From positions 32,001-96,000 of the forward strand of contig JAXGMI010000003.1 of NCBI GenBank assembly GCA_040768745.1: a stretch of DNA of 64,000 nt, in the 5' to 3' direction. Positions 39,560-51,269 of the stretch are shown piece by piece. The notes beneath the pieces were generated by a model that had not been told where the DNA came from, searched no databases, and saw only the letters and a program-made list of their open reading frames with translations. Source of the DNA: Desulfomicrobium sp. GTDB taxonomy: Bacteria; Desulfobacterota; Desulfovibrionia; Desulfovibrionales; Desulfomicrobiaceae. Within the stretch, counting starts at the first letter, position 1; the number at the start of each line of letters is the position of its first letter. The position numbers and the translations under genes are program-made.

Positions 39560-39873
39560 AAAGATTCGATGTATTCCTAGTGAATTTAGACCCTACTGTT
39601 GGTCATGAAATAAAGAAAAGTCGTCCCTGTCTGGTGATATCCCCTGATGAGATGAACAAATTCATAACCACTGTGATTGTTGCACCGATGACGACCAAGG
39701 GTAGAGATTATCCAACCCGAGTCTCTTGTGTATTTCAAGGCAAGGAAGGCCAAATTGTTTTGGATCAGATCCGAACTGTGGACAAGGCGAGACTGGCTAA
39801 GCGCTTGGGTAAAATCGACACGGAAACTCAAGTGAAAGTCTTCTCTGGTTTGGCAGAGCTATTTTCGGAATGA
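39550..39873 (+). CDS. mazF: Cassette 6: PemK/MazF family mRNA interferase toxin
   Basis: FDVFLVNLDPTVGHEIKKSRPCLVIS, VAPMTT, LDQIRTVDKARL; overlaps the antitoxin. Confidence 0.93.
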   Translation: MEVKRFDVFLVNLDPTVGHEIKKSRPCLVISPDEMNKFITTVIVAPMTTKGRDYPTRVSCVFQGKEGQIVLDQIRTVDKARLAKRLGKIDTETQVKVFSGLAELFSE

Positions 39874-39877
39874 AAGG

Positions 39878-39989
39878 GCCTAACTACAGGCTGAAGCTGA
39901 CGGCTCCTTCGTTCACGCCGCTTGCAGTCTATAACTGTCCTTGGCAAGCGGGCGTGCCCTCAACCCGGAGCTTAGCCTGGGCGTTGGGC
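39878..39989 (+). repeat. attC6 (112 bp)
   Basis: R'' GCCTAAC, GGCTGAAGCT ... AGCTTAGCC, internal CACGCC-GCTTGC / GCAAGC-GGGCGTG stem, R' GTTGGGC. Confidence 0.9.
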
Positions 39990-40004
39990 GCTAAGGAGAG
40001 AGTC

Positions 40005-40379
40005 GTGTCAGACCTCAAAGAACCCAGGGTCCTTTTCGCCGCAGAGAGAACGTTGCTTGCTTGGAATAGGACAAGCCTCTCACTGATAGCGTTCGGATTT
40101 GTCGTGGAGCGTGCGGGCCTGCTAATCCAGGCCCTGCGACCCGAGGCCGTTCACCCGCAGCAGCTTGAGCTGACTTTCTGGCTCGGTCTCGCATTGATAA
40201 TGCTCGGGGCAGTTACATCCGCGTATTCAGCCCGGCAATATGGAATCGTCCTGAAGTCGCTGACCCCTGCGGAGTTTCCGCCGGGCTACGCTGCAAGGTG
40301 GGGGTTGGCTGTTAATGTCGTGGTCGCAGTGCTGGGCGCAGCCTTAGCTGGTGTGCTTATTTTCTGGCGCATTACCTGA
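40005..40379 (+). CDS. Cassette 7: DUF202 / YidH family membrane protein
   Basis: EPRVLFAAERTLLAWNRTSLSLIAFGF signature, three TM segments; AAGGAG RBS with GTG start. Confidence 0.88.
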   Translation: MSDLKEPRVLFAAERTLLAWNRTSLSLIAFGFVVERAGLLIQALRPEAVHPQQLELTFWLGLALIMLGAVTSAYSARQYGIVLKSLTPAEFPPGYAARWGLAVNVVVAVLGAALAGVLIFWRIT

Positions 40380-40387
40380 GTGTTAGC

Positions 40388-40431
40388 GCCCAACAATTCG
40401 TTGCAGTCGCGACGGCCCTGACGGGCCGCGG
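40388..40431 (+). repeat. attC7, truncated (L' and R' missing)
   Basis: R'' GCCCAAC (complement of GTTGGGC), L'' GTTGCAG, central hairpin CGGCCC-tgac-GGGCCG, then no L' or GTT box. Confidence 0.75.
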
Positions 40432-40552
40432 ATTGCTGCGTCCCGGAGGCTTCCTTGCTTTCACCGACGCGGTCTGGCGCAAGGGAGACCCGCCACAGGA
40501 GGTCAAGGCGAGTTTCGATCTGGATTACCCGACCATCTGCACGAACCATTGA
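40427..40552 (+). pseudogene. Internal fragment of a class I SAM methyltransferase (relic cassette)
   Basis: Startless frame RGLLRPGGFLAFTDAVWRKGDPPQEVKASFDLDYPTICTNH*; LLRPGG followed by hydrophobic residues and TD is typical of methyltransferase post-motif III. Confidence 0.6.
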
Positions 40553-40601
40553 TCATGAATACCATGACTATACGGGCTCGATAACAGTCCAAGACACCGA
40601 C

Positions 40602-40653
40602 AAAAAATACGCCACCCCGGCCCCAAGCGCTTGCCCGGGGCCGGGATGACGTA
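40602..40653 (-). terminator. Rho-independent terminator of clpB
   Basis: TACGCCACCCCGGCCCC ... GGGGCCGGGATGACGTA stem with an A6 run on the left. Confidence 0.7.
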
Positions 40654-40666
40654 AGCCCAAAAACTG

Positions 40667-43261
<2,595 letters not shown>

Positions 43262-43290
43262 GGGAATCCTCCTTGAATCCTAAGAGGGCC

Positions 43291-43605
43291 TCAGAACTGC
43301 CCTGACAGGGCCCGAACTCTGCGCTCCAGAAAATCGATGCGCTCCAAAAGGTCCACGATTATGGTTCCGGCCACGGGGTTCAGCTCAAAATCCGCGCACA
43401 ACCTTCTGAACTTGCGCACCCTGCCCACATCCACGGCCATGAACAGAAATTCCTGCTGTGCCGTGCGGGCCGGGACGATCCAGTCCATGCGCACGAGTTC
43501 GGTCAGGTCCTCCTCGGTCAATCCGGTCAGTTCCAGGAATTCCCTGGTTCCCATGCGCGCGGAAGGCGCCGGAAGCCCGGGTTCGTGTCTCTGCAGAATG
43601 GTCAT
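43291..43605 (-). CDS. cbpM: Chaperone modulator CbpM (MerR-like)
   Basis: L.ELV...WI.P, RL..DFELN..AG.IIVDLLERI; lies between cbpA and clpB. Confidence 0.8.
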   Translation of the reverse strand: MTILQRHEPGLPAPSARMGTREFLELTGLTEEDLTELVRMDWIVPARTAQQEFLFMAVDVGRVRKFRRLCADFELNPVAGTIIVDLLERIDFLERRVRALSGQF

Positions 43606-43614
43606 CGTCCTCTC

Positions 43615-44556
43615 CTACCTCGCCTCGAATGAAGAAATCTGGGACAGTTCCCGCCAGAGCTCGCGTTCGCGGTCAGTCAGCTTCTTGGGGGTGCGGATGA
43701 CGATGCGCACGAACTGGTCACCCTGGGATGAACCCTTGCCCAACCCCTTGCCCGCCAGGCGCAGTTTCTGGCCACTGCTCACGCCGGAAGGAATGGTCAT
43801 GTCCACCGGACCGTCCAGCGTCGGGATCCGCACGGAGCAGCCCAAAGCGGCCTCCCAGGGAGCCAGACGCAAGTCGAAAATCACGTTGACACCCTCAAGC
43901 CGGAACAGCGGGTGATCCTCGATGCTGACCTGCAGCAACAGGTCTCCGGCCGGCCCCCCCCCGATTCCGGGCGAACCCTGGCCGGCCAGACGGATCTTGG
44001 CCCCATCCTTCACCCCGGACGGAATGTTCACCTCCAGGGTTTTGGACTGCATTTGCGGCCTGCCGTCTGGGCCACGGGCCTGCTCCTGCAGGGTCAGGGT
44101 CTTGCGGCCACCCCGGTAGGCCTCTTCCAGAGAAAGCGTCAGCCGCACCTCGGCATCGCGCCCTCTGGAACGCATGGTCCGTCCGAAGGGATCCCCGCCG
44201 AACCGGCTGCCCCCGAATCCTCCGGCGCCTCCGAAAATGGTCTCGAAAAAATCACTGAACCCCTCTCCGCCGAATCCGCCGGAGCGGAACTGAAAGTTTT
44301 CATACCCGGGAGGTGGCTGGAAATTCTGGCCCTCCTTCCAGTTGGGGCCCAAGGAATCGTACAGCCTGCGTTTTTCCGGATCCTTCAGAACCTCGTAGGC
44401 CTCGTTGATTTCCTTGAACTTGGATTCCGCCTGGGAGTCGTTGGGGTTGAGGTCCGGGTGGTATTTGCGGGCCAGCTTCTTGAAGGCCTTGCTGACCTCA
44501 TCCTGACTTGCATCCTTGGAGACTCCGAGCAATTTGTAGTAATCTCTGTATTCCAA
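43615..44556 (-). CDS. cbpA: DnaJ-class chaperone CbpA (no zinc finger)
   Basis: J domain DYY..LGV / YHPD / EAYEVL, G/F region, DnaJ C-terminal domain; TTG start. Confidence 0.9.
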   Translation of the reverse strand: MEYRDYYKLLGVSKDASQDEVSKAFKKLARKYHPDLNPNDSQAESKFKEINEAYEVLKDPEKRRLYDSLGPNWKEGQNFQPPPGYENFQFRSGGFGGEGFSDFFETIFGGAGGFGGSRFGGDPFGRTMRSRGRDAEVRLTLSLEEAYRGGRKTLTLQEQARGPDGRPQMQSKTLEVNIPSGVKDGAKIRLAGQGSPGIGGGPAGDLLLQVSIEDHPLFRLEGVNVIFDLRLAPWEAALGCSVRIPTLDGPVDMTIPSGVSSGQKLRLAGKGLGKGSSQGDQFVRIVIRTPKKLTDRERELWRELSQISSFEAR

Positions 44557-44637
44557 AATAGTACCGCTCCTCTTGCCCGAGATGTACGAGGAAGAATAAT
44601 GCCCCCCAGCCGCAAGTCAACAATTTGACACAAATTT

Positions 44638-45273
44638 TCATCCCGTCCCGTACCCCTCCAGGGCGGGGACTGTGGGGGCAAGGACCTGCCACAGGGGACG
44701 GCCGAAATAGATCCACAGGTCCTCGTCGCGAGAACCGACACGTTCTGCAAAAGCCCGGCGGAAGTGGAGTTCCCCCCGGACCATGTCCATGAGTTCCTCC
44801 GGCACAGGGCCTGCGGAACTGCGGACCCATTCAAGGGCCAGATTCAGGGCCGGCAGCACCGGGAACAGGGACTCATGCCCAGCGATGCACTGCCCAAGGG
44901 CCGAATCCGCAGGGACCAAATCGAAGCGTGTGGCGTAGGGATGCTCCATGACCGCGTAGAGTGCAGCGGGGTCAGTACAGGACAGGGCCCGGCATTCCGC
45001 CGGACGCGCCGCGTAGATCCGGCATTGGGAGCTGGCCCGGTCATAGCAGACGCACTCCCATGATGCACCCTTGCCGCGGATTTTGACCAGTTCCCGAGGT
45101 ACGGACTGCAGCCCCCCCCTGCGCGGATCGTAAGCCATTTCACCAGAGCGGATGCAGACCAGATCCTGAACCCGGATACGGCCTTCCTCTACAAGGGGCA
45201 GATCCTCTCTGTGCAAGGACGGTCCGCCCTTGATGCAGCAGGTCCCGCATCGGCGGCATGAAGGTTGGGGCAT
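44638..45273 (-). CDS. YkgJ family Cys-cluster (CxxCxxCC) protein
   Basis: CRRCGTCC, C..Y......C.IY..RP..CR. Confidence 0.85.
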   Translation of the reverse strand: MPQPSCRRCGTCCIKGGPSLHREDLPLVEEGRIRVQDLVCIRSGEMAYDPRRGGLQSVPRELVKIRGKGASWECVCYDRASSQCRIYAARPAECRALSCTDPAALYAVMEHPYATRFDLVPADSALGQCIAGHESLFPVLPALNLALEWVRSSAGPVPEELMDMVRGELHFRRAFAERVGSRDEDLWIYFGRPLWQVLAPTVPALEGYGTG

Positions 45274-45437
45274 GGGCGACTCTCCTGAATTTCGGCCTGG
45301 CCAGCACGAGCAGCGGAACATGGAACGCTGGATCCGGCAAGTTCCATTCCGTGATTGCAGCCGCAAGCCGCAGGCAGTCAAGGCTTGAAAACAAGAAAAG
45401 CCGGCATGGCCGGCTTTCTTCCCTCAAACAACCCAGA

Positions 45438-45785
45438 TCAGTTATACAGCTCAGTCTCAAGCCATTCCTTCACATCGGCGTTCACCGGGTAGACACCCTT
45501 ATGGTTGTATACCCCGTGCAGGAATTTTTTGGCCAATGTATCTGGAAGAGCGAGAACGGCCAATTCCTTGGCTCCGTCGGAATTGCGATACAGCAATGTG
45601 GCCGTTGGCTTTTCATTCCACGTGTTGATCACGAAATAATGGGAAAAATCTTCTTTTCCCTTCACCGCGTTCTGATATCCACCCCGATATCCGTTGTTTC
45701 CCCACTCCAGATAAATGGCCACAGCATCTTCGGGGGTCATTTCCCAATCGATGACGAGATCCTTGTAAGCACGTAACTGTCCCAT
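45438..45785 (-). CDS. DVU0772 family conserved protein
   Basis: IDWEMTPEDAV..YLEWGNN, YFV..TW; GGAGG RBS; downstream hairpin at 45397-45418. Confidence 0.75.
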   Translation of the reverse strand: MGQLRAYKDLVIDWEMTPEDAVAIYLEWGNNGYRGGYQNAVKGKEDFSHYFVINTWNEKPTATLLYRNSDGAKELAVLALPDTLAKKFLHGVYNHKGVYPVNADVKEWLETELYN

Positions 45786-45798
45786 GATTCACCTCCAT

Positions 45799-45838
45799 CT
45801 TATGAATAATTACTAATAATAATTTTGAGAGGTGTCAA
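45799..45838 (-). promoter_or_regulatory. Sigma70 promoter overlapped by a PerR/Fur-type box
   Basis: Minus strand TTGACA, 17 nt, TAGTAA; ATTAGTAATTATTCATA has an AAT-n-ATT core. DVU0772 is a known PerR regulon member in D. vulgaris. Confidence 0.6.
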
Positions 45839-47268
45839 GCTGACTTTTCCAGTCGGATATCTGGACAGGGGCGTCGGACGCCGCGATGGTGCTGATAAAT
45901 TCGGGCAGCGGAAACGAAATTTGTGGCCCAAACCGGAATTCCAAGGGCGTGGATATGCGTGTACCCGGCCAGACAGTTGCGGACCAGCACTCCATCCCAC
46001 CCTTTTTTCATGCCCTGCCCCCGATCCAGGGAGAACACGAAGGAGGACACCCGGTCGGCATCGGTGCAGTGGGAATAGTGGAACTCATGTCCGGTCAGAA
46101 CGAACCCCACCGGGTAGAAAGGATTGGCTGACTGCACTCGTGAACAGATGTATCCGTGCCCCTGGGGTTTTTTGAACACCTTCGTCGTCAGCGGGAAAAC
46201 ACCGGCCATGGCATAGGCAGAACCGTCATACTGGAGCTCCTGACTCAGGTACATGAGCCCCCCACACTCGGCGTACACAGGCAGGCCACAACGGACATGC
46301 TCCCGGATGGACTGGCGCATGCCCGCATTGGAGGACAGTCCCTGCGCCAGCGTCTCGGGAAAGCCCCCGCCCATGTAAAGGGCATCCACCTCGGGAACTT
46401 CCCGGTCATCCAGGAGACTGAACTCGACAAGCTCCGCCCCGGCGTGCTGCAGGGCGTCCAGATTTTCCTGGTAATAGAACCACAGGGCCGCATCCCGGGC
46501 CACTCCGACCCGGACCCGCTCACCGCTCTCGGGTGCAGGGTACACGGGAGAAAGATGGCCTGTGAGAGAGGGTGCTGACTGCGCAATGCGCAGACAGGCT
46601 TCCAGATCGGTATGCTCGCGCACGAAGGACGCGATGTCCCTGATGGGATCGGCCAGAAACTCGGCATCGGAGATGAGCCCCATGTGGCGTTCAGGGATGG
46701 GGTTGACCGCCAGCTTTGGCAAAATTCCCAGTACCCGGACATCGGTATATTTCTCTATGGACTGGCGCAAAATATCCTGGTGGCGGCATCCGGCAGTGCG
46801 GTTCAGGATCACCCCCCGGATATCGACTTCCGGGTCAAAGGCGCAAAGCCCCATGATGATGGCCGCCATGGTCCGCGTGACCTTGGTGCAGTCGGCCACG
46901 ACAACAACCGGGCAGCGCAGAACCTTGGCCAGTTCCGCAGAGGAGCAGGAGCCCACGACGTCCTTGCCGTCGTACAGCCCCCGGTTGCCCTCAATGAGAG
47001 CCAGATCAGAGCCTCTGGCCTTGGTCCAGAACAGATTGTGGAGCACGTCGGCAGGCAATAAAAAAGGATCCAGATTGATGGTGATGCTGTTGCTGGCAAG
47101 AGCCAGCCACTTGGCATCAATATAATCCGGACCCTTTTTGAAGGTCTGAACGGAAATGCCCTGTCCGCAATACGCGCGGGCGAGGCCCAAACTCACTATG
47201 GTCTTGCCGGAACCGCCGCCGAGGCCAGCAACAAGAATCCGCGGACAAGACAACACAGAAGCGGGCAT
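45835..47268 (-). CDS. dsrN: Cobyrinate a,c-diamide synthase-like siroheme amidase DsrN
   Basis: GGSGKT, FKKGPDYIDA, EGNRGLYDG, PERHMGL, YAECGG, GHEFHYS; directly after dsrD. Confidence 0.9.
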   Translation of the reverse strand: MPASVLSCPRILVAGLGGGSGKTIVSLGLARAYCGQGISVQTFKKGPDYIDAKWLALASNSITINLDPFLLPADVLHNLFWTKARGSDLALIEGNRGLYDGKDVVGSCSSAELAKVLRCPVVVVADCTKVTRTMAAIIMGLCAFDPEVDIRGVILNRTAGCRHQDILRQSIEKYTDVRVLGILPKLAVNPIPERHMGLISDAEFLADPIRDIASFVREHTDLEACLRIAQSAPSLTGHLSPVYPAPESGERVRVGVARDAALWFYYQENLDALQHAGAELVEFSLLDDREVPEVDALYMGGGFPETLAQGLSSNAGMRQSIREHVRCGLPVYAECGGLMYLSQELQYDGSAYAMAGVFPLTTKVFKKPQGHGYICSRVQSANPFYPVGFVLTGHEFHYSHCTDADRVSSFVFSLDRGQGMKKGWDGVLVRNCLAGYTHIHALGIPVWATNFVSAARIYQHHRGVRRPCPDIRLEKSA

Positions 47269-47277
47269 CAGGGAGTC

Positions 47278-47514
47278 TTAATCTTCGCCTTCTGTGTGAG
47301 CCTGCTTGCCGGTCCCGGGAATGCCGTACATGGTGGTGCTGCCACTGGACCAGTATTCGAGCACGCCGTCGGACACGAGCTGGTTGATGAGCTTCTTGGC
47401 CTCGCGCATCTTCATGTCCGGAAACAGGGCGGCCAGGTCGTTGAAATAGAACTTGGACTTCTGCTTGGATTTGGACTGAATGTATTCAAGCACGATATCT
47501 TTAGGATCTGCCAT
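47278..47514 (-). CDS. dsrD: Dissimilatory sulfite reductase D protein
   Basis: KSKFYFND, LEYWSSGSTTMYG. Confidence 0.96.
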   Translation of the reverse strand: MADPKDIVLEYIQSKSKQKSKFYFNDLAALFPDMKMREAKKLINQLVSDGVLEYWSSGSTTMYGIPGTGKQAHTEGED

Positions 47515-47580
47515 ACTCGCCTCTCTTATGGTTTAGGGCCGACTTGCGCCGGCCCTATGGATTGTCGACTGGAACCCGAC

Positions 47581-48741
47581 TTAGAACTTGAAGTTCGTGG
47601 TCTGGCGCCAAGTGTAGTACGCAGGATCGCGGAAGTCGTCGATCATGTGTTCGGAGAACTCAAGACCGCACTTCTCGAAGAAGCGTTCCCAGCCGATGCG
47701 CTCGGCCCAGTCACCAACGCGCTCGTACTTGCGGGCATCCGCGGCATAGGCTTCGACAATCTTGCGGATGGTCTTAGCCAGCGTGGGCCAGCGGGGCGGT
47801 TCGTTGGGGATGAAGGCCACGACGACCTTGGAGAACTTGGGATTGCTGATGCGGTTGGAAACCTTGCCGCCAGCCATGATGACCAGGCCGTCACCGGTCT
47901 GGTCGGACAGGGGCAGCGACGGACACATGGTGTAGCAGTTGCCGCAGAACATACAACGATCACCCTTGATGGCCACGGTGTTCACCGTCTTGGTCTCGCC
48001 GGCTTCCGTGGTGATTTCCTTCTTGGTCGGACGGATGGCGCCCACGGGGCAGGCCGCCACGGCCAGCGGAATTTCGCACAGGTTGTCCAGCCATTCGTGG
48101 TCGATGATCGGAGGTTTGCGGTGGTAACCCAGGATGGCGATGTCAGAGCAATGCACGGCGCCGCACATGTTCAGACAGCAGGCCATGGAGATGCGGACCT
48201 GGGCCGGCATGCGCATCTGCCCGAACTCTTCGAACAGCTCGTCCAGAACGACCTTGACCGTTCCGGAAGCGTCCGTGGCCGGGGTGTGGCAGTGGACCCA
48301 ACCCTGGGTGTGCACGATGTTGGTGATGCCGGCGCCAGTGCCGCCGACCGGGAACTTGTGGCTGCCGCCGGACTGCTTCTGGGAATTCAGATAGTCCTTC
48401 AGCTTCTTGGCCTCGGCCAGGGTGCCGACCATGAATTCGATGTTGTTGCGGGTGGTGAAGCGCAGGTGTCCGCCACAGAACTTGTCGGCGATATCGCACA
48501 GGGCGCGGACATGGCCGACGGACATCAGACGGGATCCGCCGCAACGCACGGTGTACACTTCGTCGCCGCTTTCGGCCTTGTGCATCAGAATACCGGGTTC
48601 ACAGATTTCATGCCACAGCCATTTGCCTTTGTTCTTGGCAATAACAGGAGGAAGGAAATCGGAAAAATGGCGCGGGCCAATATCCGTGATCCTGTTTTCC
48701 ATGGGTTTTTCGGGATTGTATCCGGAAGAGATGAAAGCCAT
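47581..48741 (-). CDS. dsrB: Dissimilatory sulfite reductase beta subunit
   Basis: [47 protein letters not shown]. Confidence 0.98.
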   Translation of the reverse strand: MAFISSGYNPEKPMENRITDIGPRHFSDFLPPVIAKNKGKWLWHEICEPGILMHKAESGDEVYTVRCGGSRLMSVGHVRALCDIADKFCGGHLRFTTRNNIEFMVGTLAEAKKLKDYLNSQKQSGGSHKFPVGGTGAGITNIVHTQGWVHCHTPATDASGTVKVVLDELFEEFGQMRMPAQVRISMACCLNMCGAVHCSDIAILGYHRKPPIIDHEWLDNLCEIPLAVAACPVGAIRPTKKEITTEAGETKTVNTVAIKGDRCMFCGNCYTMCPSLPLSDQTGDGLVIMAGGKVSNRISNPKFSKVVVAFIPNEPPRWPTLAKTIRKIVEAYAADARKYERVGDWAERIGWERFFEKCGLEFSEHMIDDFRDPAYYTWRQTTNFKF

Positions 48742-48755
48742 TGTCAACCCCCTTC

Positions 48756-50069
48756 TTATCTCTGATGGTGTTTACGGTAATCCGCGATGTCGCGATCCCA
48801 GCCGCCGGGTACGTCTTCTTCTTTCCAGAAGATGTACGGATTGTGACGGGGTTCCTGCACATGCTGCGGCACGGGTGTCGCACCGATGGCGGAAATGGCC
48901 TTGGCCAGACCCTGACGCTTGATCAGTTCGCCAAGACGCTCGCGGTTCTTGCCCTCTTCCATCCACCATTCCCAGATGCCTTCAATGATTGCCTTGATTT
49001 CATCATAAGGCTCTTCGACCTTGATGAAGGGCACCAGCAGGGATCCCATCTGCGCGCCATCCAGGATCGGAGCCTTGGCGCCGACCAGGATGGACAGGCC
49101 GCGGTCGTTACCGATGCGCAGGGCGCGGGGCATGACGTTCAGACAGTGCATGCAACGGGTGCACTCACGGTTATTGATCTTCAGTTTGCCGTCTTCAATC
49201 CACATGCATTCGGTCGGGCAGAGATCAATGACTTCCTTCTCAATGTCAAAGGGACCCCAGTCCTTGCCGGCATGCGCACCAGCATTGGCCTTGAGTTCGC
49301 CGCCGATGTAGGCGGCAACAGCCTTCTGATCGATGCGGATGTCGTCTTTCCACGTCCCGATGAAGGACATGTCGGAACGGGCGATGGAGGCCACGCAGCA
49401 GTTCGGGCAGCCATCAAACTTGAACTTGAACTTGTACGGGAAAGCGGGACGATGCAGCTCGTCCTGGTACTCCTGGGTCATCTGGTAGCACAACTCCTGA
49501 GAGTCGTAGCAGGCCCATTCGCAGCGGGACTCGCCGAGGCACGAAGCTGGCGTGCGCAGGTTGGATCCGGAGCCACCGAGGTCGTTGTTCAGCTTGTGGG
49601 TCAGATCGAAAAAGAATTCTTCCAGCTGAGGAGTGGTGGTGCCCAGGAGCACGATGTCGCCGGTGGCGCCGTGCATGTTGGTCAGACCGGAGCCGCGCAA
49701 GTCCCACAGATCACAAAGCTGCTTCAGGAAGTCTGTGGTGTAGTACATGCCAGCCGGCTGGTTGACGCGTATGGTGTGAAAATGAGCCACGCCGGGGAAT
49801 TTCTGGGGCTGGTCACAGTAACGGCCGATGACGCCGCCGCCATAACCGAACACGCCGACGATACCGCCATGTTTCCAGTGGGTGGTGCCGTCCTTGTAGG
49901 ACAGTTCGAGAATGCCCAACAAATCGTCACAGACGTCAACTGGAATCTGATGTTCCACTTTCGCCGTGTTTTTGTGACGTCTCTCGGCTTCCTCCTTGAT
50001 GTCCGAAACAAAACTCGGCCACGGACCGCTCTGAAGCTGATCCAGCAACGGGGTCGCATGTTTAGCCAT
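48756..50069 (-). CDS. dsrA: Dissimilatory sulfite reductase alpha subunit
   Basis: [50 protein letters not shown]. Confidence 0.98.
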   Translation of the reverse strand: MAKHATPLLDQLQSGPWPSFVSDIKEEAERRHKNTAKVEHQIPVDVCDDLLGILELSYKDGTTHWKHGGIVGVFGYGGGVIGRYCDQPQKFPGVAHFHTIRVNQPAGMYYTTDFLKQLCDLWDLRGSGLTNMHGATGDIVLLGTTTPQLEEFFFDLTHKLNNDLGGSGSNLRTPASCLGESRCEWACYDSQELCYQMTQEYQDELHRPAFPYKFKFKFDGCPNCCVASIARSDMSFIGTWKDDIRIDQKAVAAYIGGELKANAGAHAGKDWGPFDIEKEVIDLCPTECMWIEDGKLKINNRECTRCMHCLNVMPRALRIGNDRGLSILVGAKAPILDGAQMGSLLVPFIKVEEPYDEIKAIIEGIWEWWMEEGKNRERLGELIKRQGLAKAISAIGATPVPQHVQEPRHNPYIFWKEEDVPGGWDRDIADYRKHHQR

Positions 50070-50161
50070 TACACATCCTCCTTAAAAGATTAGACCGTGC
50101 ACAGTCATCGCACTCACATTTTCGTAGAGCGCGACCCTCAACCTCGTAACAATTTCAAAGA

Positions 50162-50214
50162 TTTCTAAAAAATTCACGCTCGTGAATCTTCGTACAAAGC
50201 ACCTCTTTTGTCAA
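50162..50214 (-). promoter_or_regulatory. dsrA promoter with palindrome / tandem Rex-like half-sites
   Basis: TTGACA -35 (reverse complement of 50209-14); perfect ATTCACG-ct-CGTGAAT at 50172-50187. Confidence 0.45.
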
Positions 50215-50260
50215 CCCGAATTTCCCCGGAGAAAAATCCCCACTCCTGTGGGGCTTTCGG

Positions 50261-50887
50261 CTAGGAACGATACTGGGCAATCTCAGCCATGATCTGCGGC
50301 TCAACCTCGAACCCTGTCTCCGTGGCCTTGTCGAAATACCGGATCGCTGTGTGCGGATCGCCTTTTTCGAGGTAGGCAAGGCCCATGTTGTTGTAGGCAG
50401 GACCGAACATCGGCTCGATCTCAACCGCCTTGGCGCACTGCATGATGCATCCATCCGGGTCCCCCAGGGCAAGATAGGCGCTGCCCAGTGTGGTGTGGGC
50501 CTGGATGAATTGCGGATCGAAACTGATCGCTTTTTTAAGGGCCTTGACGGCCTTGTCGGGATTTTGCTGCTGCATGTGCACAAAGCCGATATTCCCCCAC
50601 GGGACCGCGAATCTGGGGCGGATTTCCGTCGCTTTTTTGTTCATGGCCAGACATTTCTCCAGATCCCCCCGGTGCATGGCCAGACCCCCCAGCTGCACAT
50701 AGGCTTCCGCGATATCTGGCTCCAGGGCCAGGGCCTCGTGAAACGCCTTTTCCGCCTCATCAAAATTCCGCTCGGCAACCAAGGATACCCCGAGATTGTA
50801 CAGCAAGGCTGCCGAATCCGGGTTGTCCTGCAGGGCGGCCTTGAGAGCGGCCACCGTCTTCGGGCCATAATCAAAAGTCTTCTTCAT
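50261..50887 (-). CDS. Tetratricopeptide repeat protein
   Basis: About five TPR units (YNLG, YVQLG, WGNIG, HTTLG, YNNMG). Confidence 0.88.
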   Translation of the reverse strand: MKKTFDYGPKTVAALKAALQDNPDSAALLYNLGVSLVAERNFDEAEKAFHEALALEPDIAEAYVQLGGLAMHRGDLEKCLAMNKKATEIRPRFAVPWGNIGFVHMQQQNPDKAVKALKKAISFDPQFIQAHTTLGSAYLALGDPDGCIMQCAKAVEIEPMFGPAYNNMGLAYLEKGDPHTAIRYFDKATETGFEVEPQIMAEIAQYRS

Positions 50888-50897
50888 CGGATTCCAC

Positions 50898-51269
50898 CTA
50901 GGGCTTGTAGTCATTGATATCGATATTGTGTTTCTTGAGTTCCTGGGCATACCAATGCGCGAACTCGTACATGCCGATGTAGCGGTCATCCCCGTTGACC
51001 ATGCCCAGACACATCTCCAGCACGCCCTGACCGTAGGCATTGCTGTATTTTTCCGGTGCGTGCTGCTGCAGGAATTCACGCACCAGCTGCTGTGTTGTCC
51101 GCCTGGTGCCATCGGTCCGCCACTCGATGGGATCCTTGGGCTCCGCGAAGGGATTCCACTTGTCATACCCGATCCGGTCAATGAATTTCCTGCGCCTGGG
51201 CGCCATCTTTTCATAGATGGCCTTTTTCTGGGCCTCGTGCTCTTCCGTCATGACAGCAGGCTTATACAT
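50898..51269 (-). CDS. Conserved hypothetical protein upstream of dsrA
   Basis: GGAG RBS, overlapping or abutting neighbours; RRRKFIDRIGYDKWNPF.EPKDP. Confidence 0.75.
   Translation of the reverse strand: MYKPAVMTEEHEAQKKAIYEKMAPRRRKFIDRIGYDKWNPFAEPKDPIEWRTDGTRRTTQQLVREFLQQHAPEKYSNAYGQGVLEMCLGMVNGDDRYIGMYEFAHWYAQELKKHNIDINDYKP

Larger units (their letters stand above)
31526..40552. mobile_element. Chromosomal integron: intI + attI + 7 cassettes + remnant of an 8th
   Basis: IntI, co-oriented AT-richer ORFs each followed by an attC; each R'' is complementary or nearly complementary to the GTTnnnn at the start of its own cassette. Confidence 0.95.

Noticed and set aside
35528..40431. CRISPR array or REP interpretation of the intergenic palindromes
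   Set aside because: The units are non-identical, separated by whole genes and have R''/L''/L'/R' architecture, so they are attC sites. No CRISPR repeats or cas genes were seen in the window.
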